Shown: positions 62,401-64,000 of the stretch, in pieces
How the letters are laid out: each line of letters opens with the position of its first letter
Numbering within the stretch: position 1 is the first letter of the stretch
DNA from: a virus
Taxonomy: Duplodnaviria; Heunggongvirae; Uroviricota; Caudoviricetes
IMG/VR virus record: IMGVR_UViG_3300028805_000073
Direction: 5' to 3' (one strand)
DNA length: 64,000 nt
The notes under the pieces: model-generated
Database searches by the model: none
What the model was told of the DNA's origin: nothing
Seen by the model: the letters and a program-made list of their open reading frames with translations, nothing else
Program-made: the position numbers and the translations under genes

Positions 62401-64000
62401 CCCATTAATTTTTTTATATAATTCTACTGTTATATATTCAATTGTTTTAACAAGGTTAGATGTATTTGATAAACTAGATAAATCATATGTTATAATTGTA
62501 TTGTTAATTCCATAAGTAAAATTTATATTATTAATTGTATCTCCATTTGAATTTTTAATTATAACTCCAAATTCATTATCCTATAAATTACTAGTACCAT
62601 TTTTAATAACTAAATCTGAAATAGAATTATCATTAATTTTTAACGCTGATACCTATATAGATGATGTAGATCTAAATTTATAATTGCTTGTTTCAGATTC
62701 TCTTTCTACACCTAATGTATTAGGACTAACATTAAGTGAATATGATTCTCCATTACTTATGTCTATTACTAAGAAATTTTGTAATTTTGATGCAGATATA
62801 TTATCTTTTTCAATTGTATAGGTAATCTCTGTAGATCCTACTGAAAAATTATCATTACCTTGTTTAATTAAAACAAAACCTTTAAAATTACTATCAATAG
62901 TAGTATTAGATCCCCATTCTAAAACACTATAATTACTTACAGTTCCATTGTTATTTATACTTGTAATTAATGCTGGTTTAATTTTACTAATATTATCTCC
63001 ACTACAATCAATTTTTACAACAGAACCATTTGTAATATCATCAACACCATTCCATAATTTTACATTTGTTTTAGAAGCAGTTTTTAGTGAATTTAACGTT
63101 GTCTAATCATCAACAACTATATTATCATTATCTATAGTTGCTGAATATCCACTTGACGAAAATATTCTCCATACTTTTGGATTAGAAAATTCTCCCCAAT
63201 AAGAATCTGTATCATTATTTTGATTTCTTTTACGTTTTCTAGTTGAAAAATATTCTATCGGATTATTAATACTAAGATTTTCTGAAGGATCATCACTCCA
63301 TCCATCTAGTATGAAATCATCGTTTTGATATTCAACACTATTATTAATTTCTGAAATATTAATTTCAACTGTTGTATTACTATCTTTATTTTTTCCTCTA
63401 TATTTTCCATTACTTGATATAGAAGGAACTGAAGCATTTTTTCCTTTTAAATAATATATATATTCATAACCATCTCCATCAAGTCCGTTTCTTCCATAAT
63501 GAGACCATATAATTGGACCAAATAAATATGTATATTCATTATTCTATTTAGTAAATCCTACAATCCATTCATAAGGAACACTACTATCAACTCCATATGG
63601 ATGATCATTCCAATAACCAGTAACACTATCCTCATCAGCATAATTAGTTCCATTATAAGGTTTTCTTGGATTATGACTTTCTATTCCTTTTACTATATTT
63701 ACCCAATCAGCATTAGTATTATTGTTTCCAGGCTTATTGTTACCCTATGTTCTGCAATATATGTAATTAAAGGATTCACTATCACTTCCAGTTCCAGAAG
63801 TTGTTCCATCAGAACCTATTCTATAAGGACCAAACCAGACTATATTATTAGTTGCAATAAATTCATCTCCCTGTTTATTAGCATATATCATATATAGGCT
63901 TTTACCAGATTCAACAGTTGTATTTTGTTCATTATTCCAACCAGTAGGAATTCCTTGAGTTGATTTTATAGTCTAATATTCACTATCTGCATCACTCTAA
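59476..64000 (-). CDS. Tail-fibre/receptor-binding-like large protein, 3' portion (gene continues beyond the window end)
   Basis: Frame 0 across pieces 60094..60489, 60733..60942 and 62098..62307. Rich in Asn/Thr/Gly with repetitive beta-strand-like segments (GGTIGGFDIY, NVEGNIIATGG). Double stop TAATAA at 59473-59478. Confidence 0.5.

Noticed and set aside
5137-63897. + strand ORFs of 60-100 aa embedded in the - strand block (5137..5337, 8744..8980, 17471..17761, 22126..22353, 25414..25668, 31411..32409, 35398..35580, 35926..36108, 38440..38712, 49528..49710, 51300..51491, 53949..54215, 58241..58450, 59080..59292, 59350..59556, 61533..61745, 63601..63897)
   Set aside because: They are antisense to clearly coding frames. 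They have low-complexity Ser/Leu/Phe-rich composition, as expected from the reverse complement of AT-rich coding DNA. Several were checked directly against the hand-translated - strand genes.
1-64000. TGA or TAA reassignment (for example a Mycoplasma-like code 4)
   Set aside because: TGA and TAA terminate genes at well-supported boundaries (10183, 31518, 35970, 37481, 38278, 40898). They were not found in-frame within the hand-translated genes.
1-64000. CRISPR arrays, IS elements, integrase or att sites
   Set aside because: No regularly spaced direct repeats, transposase-like ORFs or recombinase motifs were seen.

Overview
The window is an AT-rich (~70% AT) segment of a tailed-phage genome whose late genes read TAG (amber) as a sense codon, most likely Gln.

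Layout, start to end:
- 1–2.5 kb, + strand: a small module with no TAG in four of its five ORFs (the HNH ORF, if begun at ATG 548, has one).
  - An SPFH/band-7 gene split by a group I intron that carries an HNH homing endonuclease.
  - A small membrane protein and a Cys-rich protein.
  - Two hairpin terminators.
- 2.5–64 kb, - strand: one long late/virion block, apparently a single transcription direction.
  - 2541–34217: seven back-to-back genes, four of them over 1000 aa (1666, 3054, 2878, 1178 aa). They include an HExxH zincin-like protein and a giant protein with a complete SF1 helicase core.
  - A short Pro/Ala/Glu-rich ORF.
  - A PD-(D/E)XK homing endonuclease with three N-terminal zinc-ribbon repeats.
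  - A lysis cassette of DUF192, a phage tail-lysozyme-like lysin and a holin-like protein.
  - A Gly-zipper protein and two very large tail proteins.
  - Several small structural ORFs.
  - A 299-aa TAG-free virion protein.
  - A putative capsid gene interrupted by a second group I intron carrying a GIY-YIG homing endonuclease.
  - An acidic scaffold-like gene.
  - The 3' part of a tail-fibre-like gene that runs off the window.

Why the standard-code ORF track looks fragmented: every interruption I checked by hand is an in-frame TAG with the frame maintained. TAA and TGA are used as true stops. In the helicase, TAG sits exactly at the invariant Gln of motif III (GDxxQL).

TAG density is bimodal. 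The giant genes, the lysin and the tail genes carry about one TAG per 20–30 codons. The homing endonucleases, three capsid-region genes and the + strand module have none or one.

No tRNA, CRISPR array, integrase or IS element was found. The suppressor tRNA or release-factor component needed for the recoding must lie outside this window.

All coordinates and translations were derived by hand from the sequence. Boundaries not anchored on an ATG/stop overlap are approximate.
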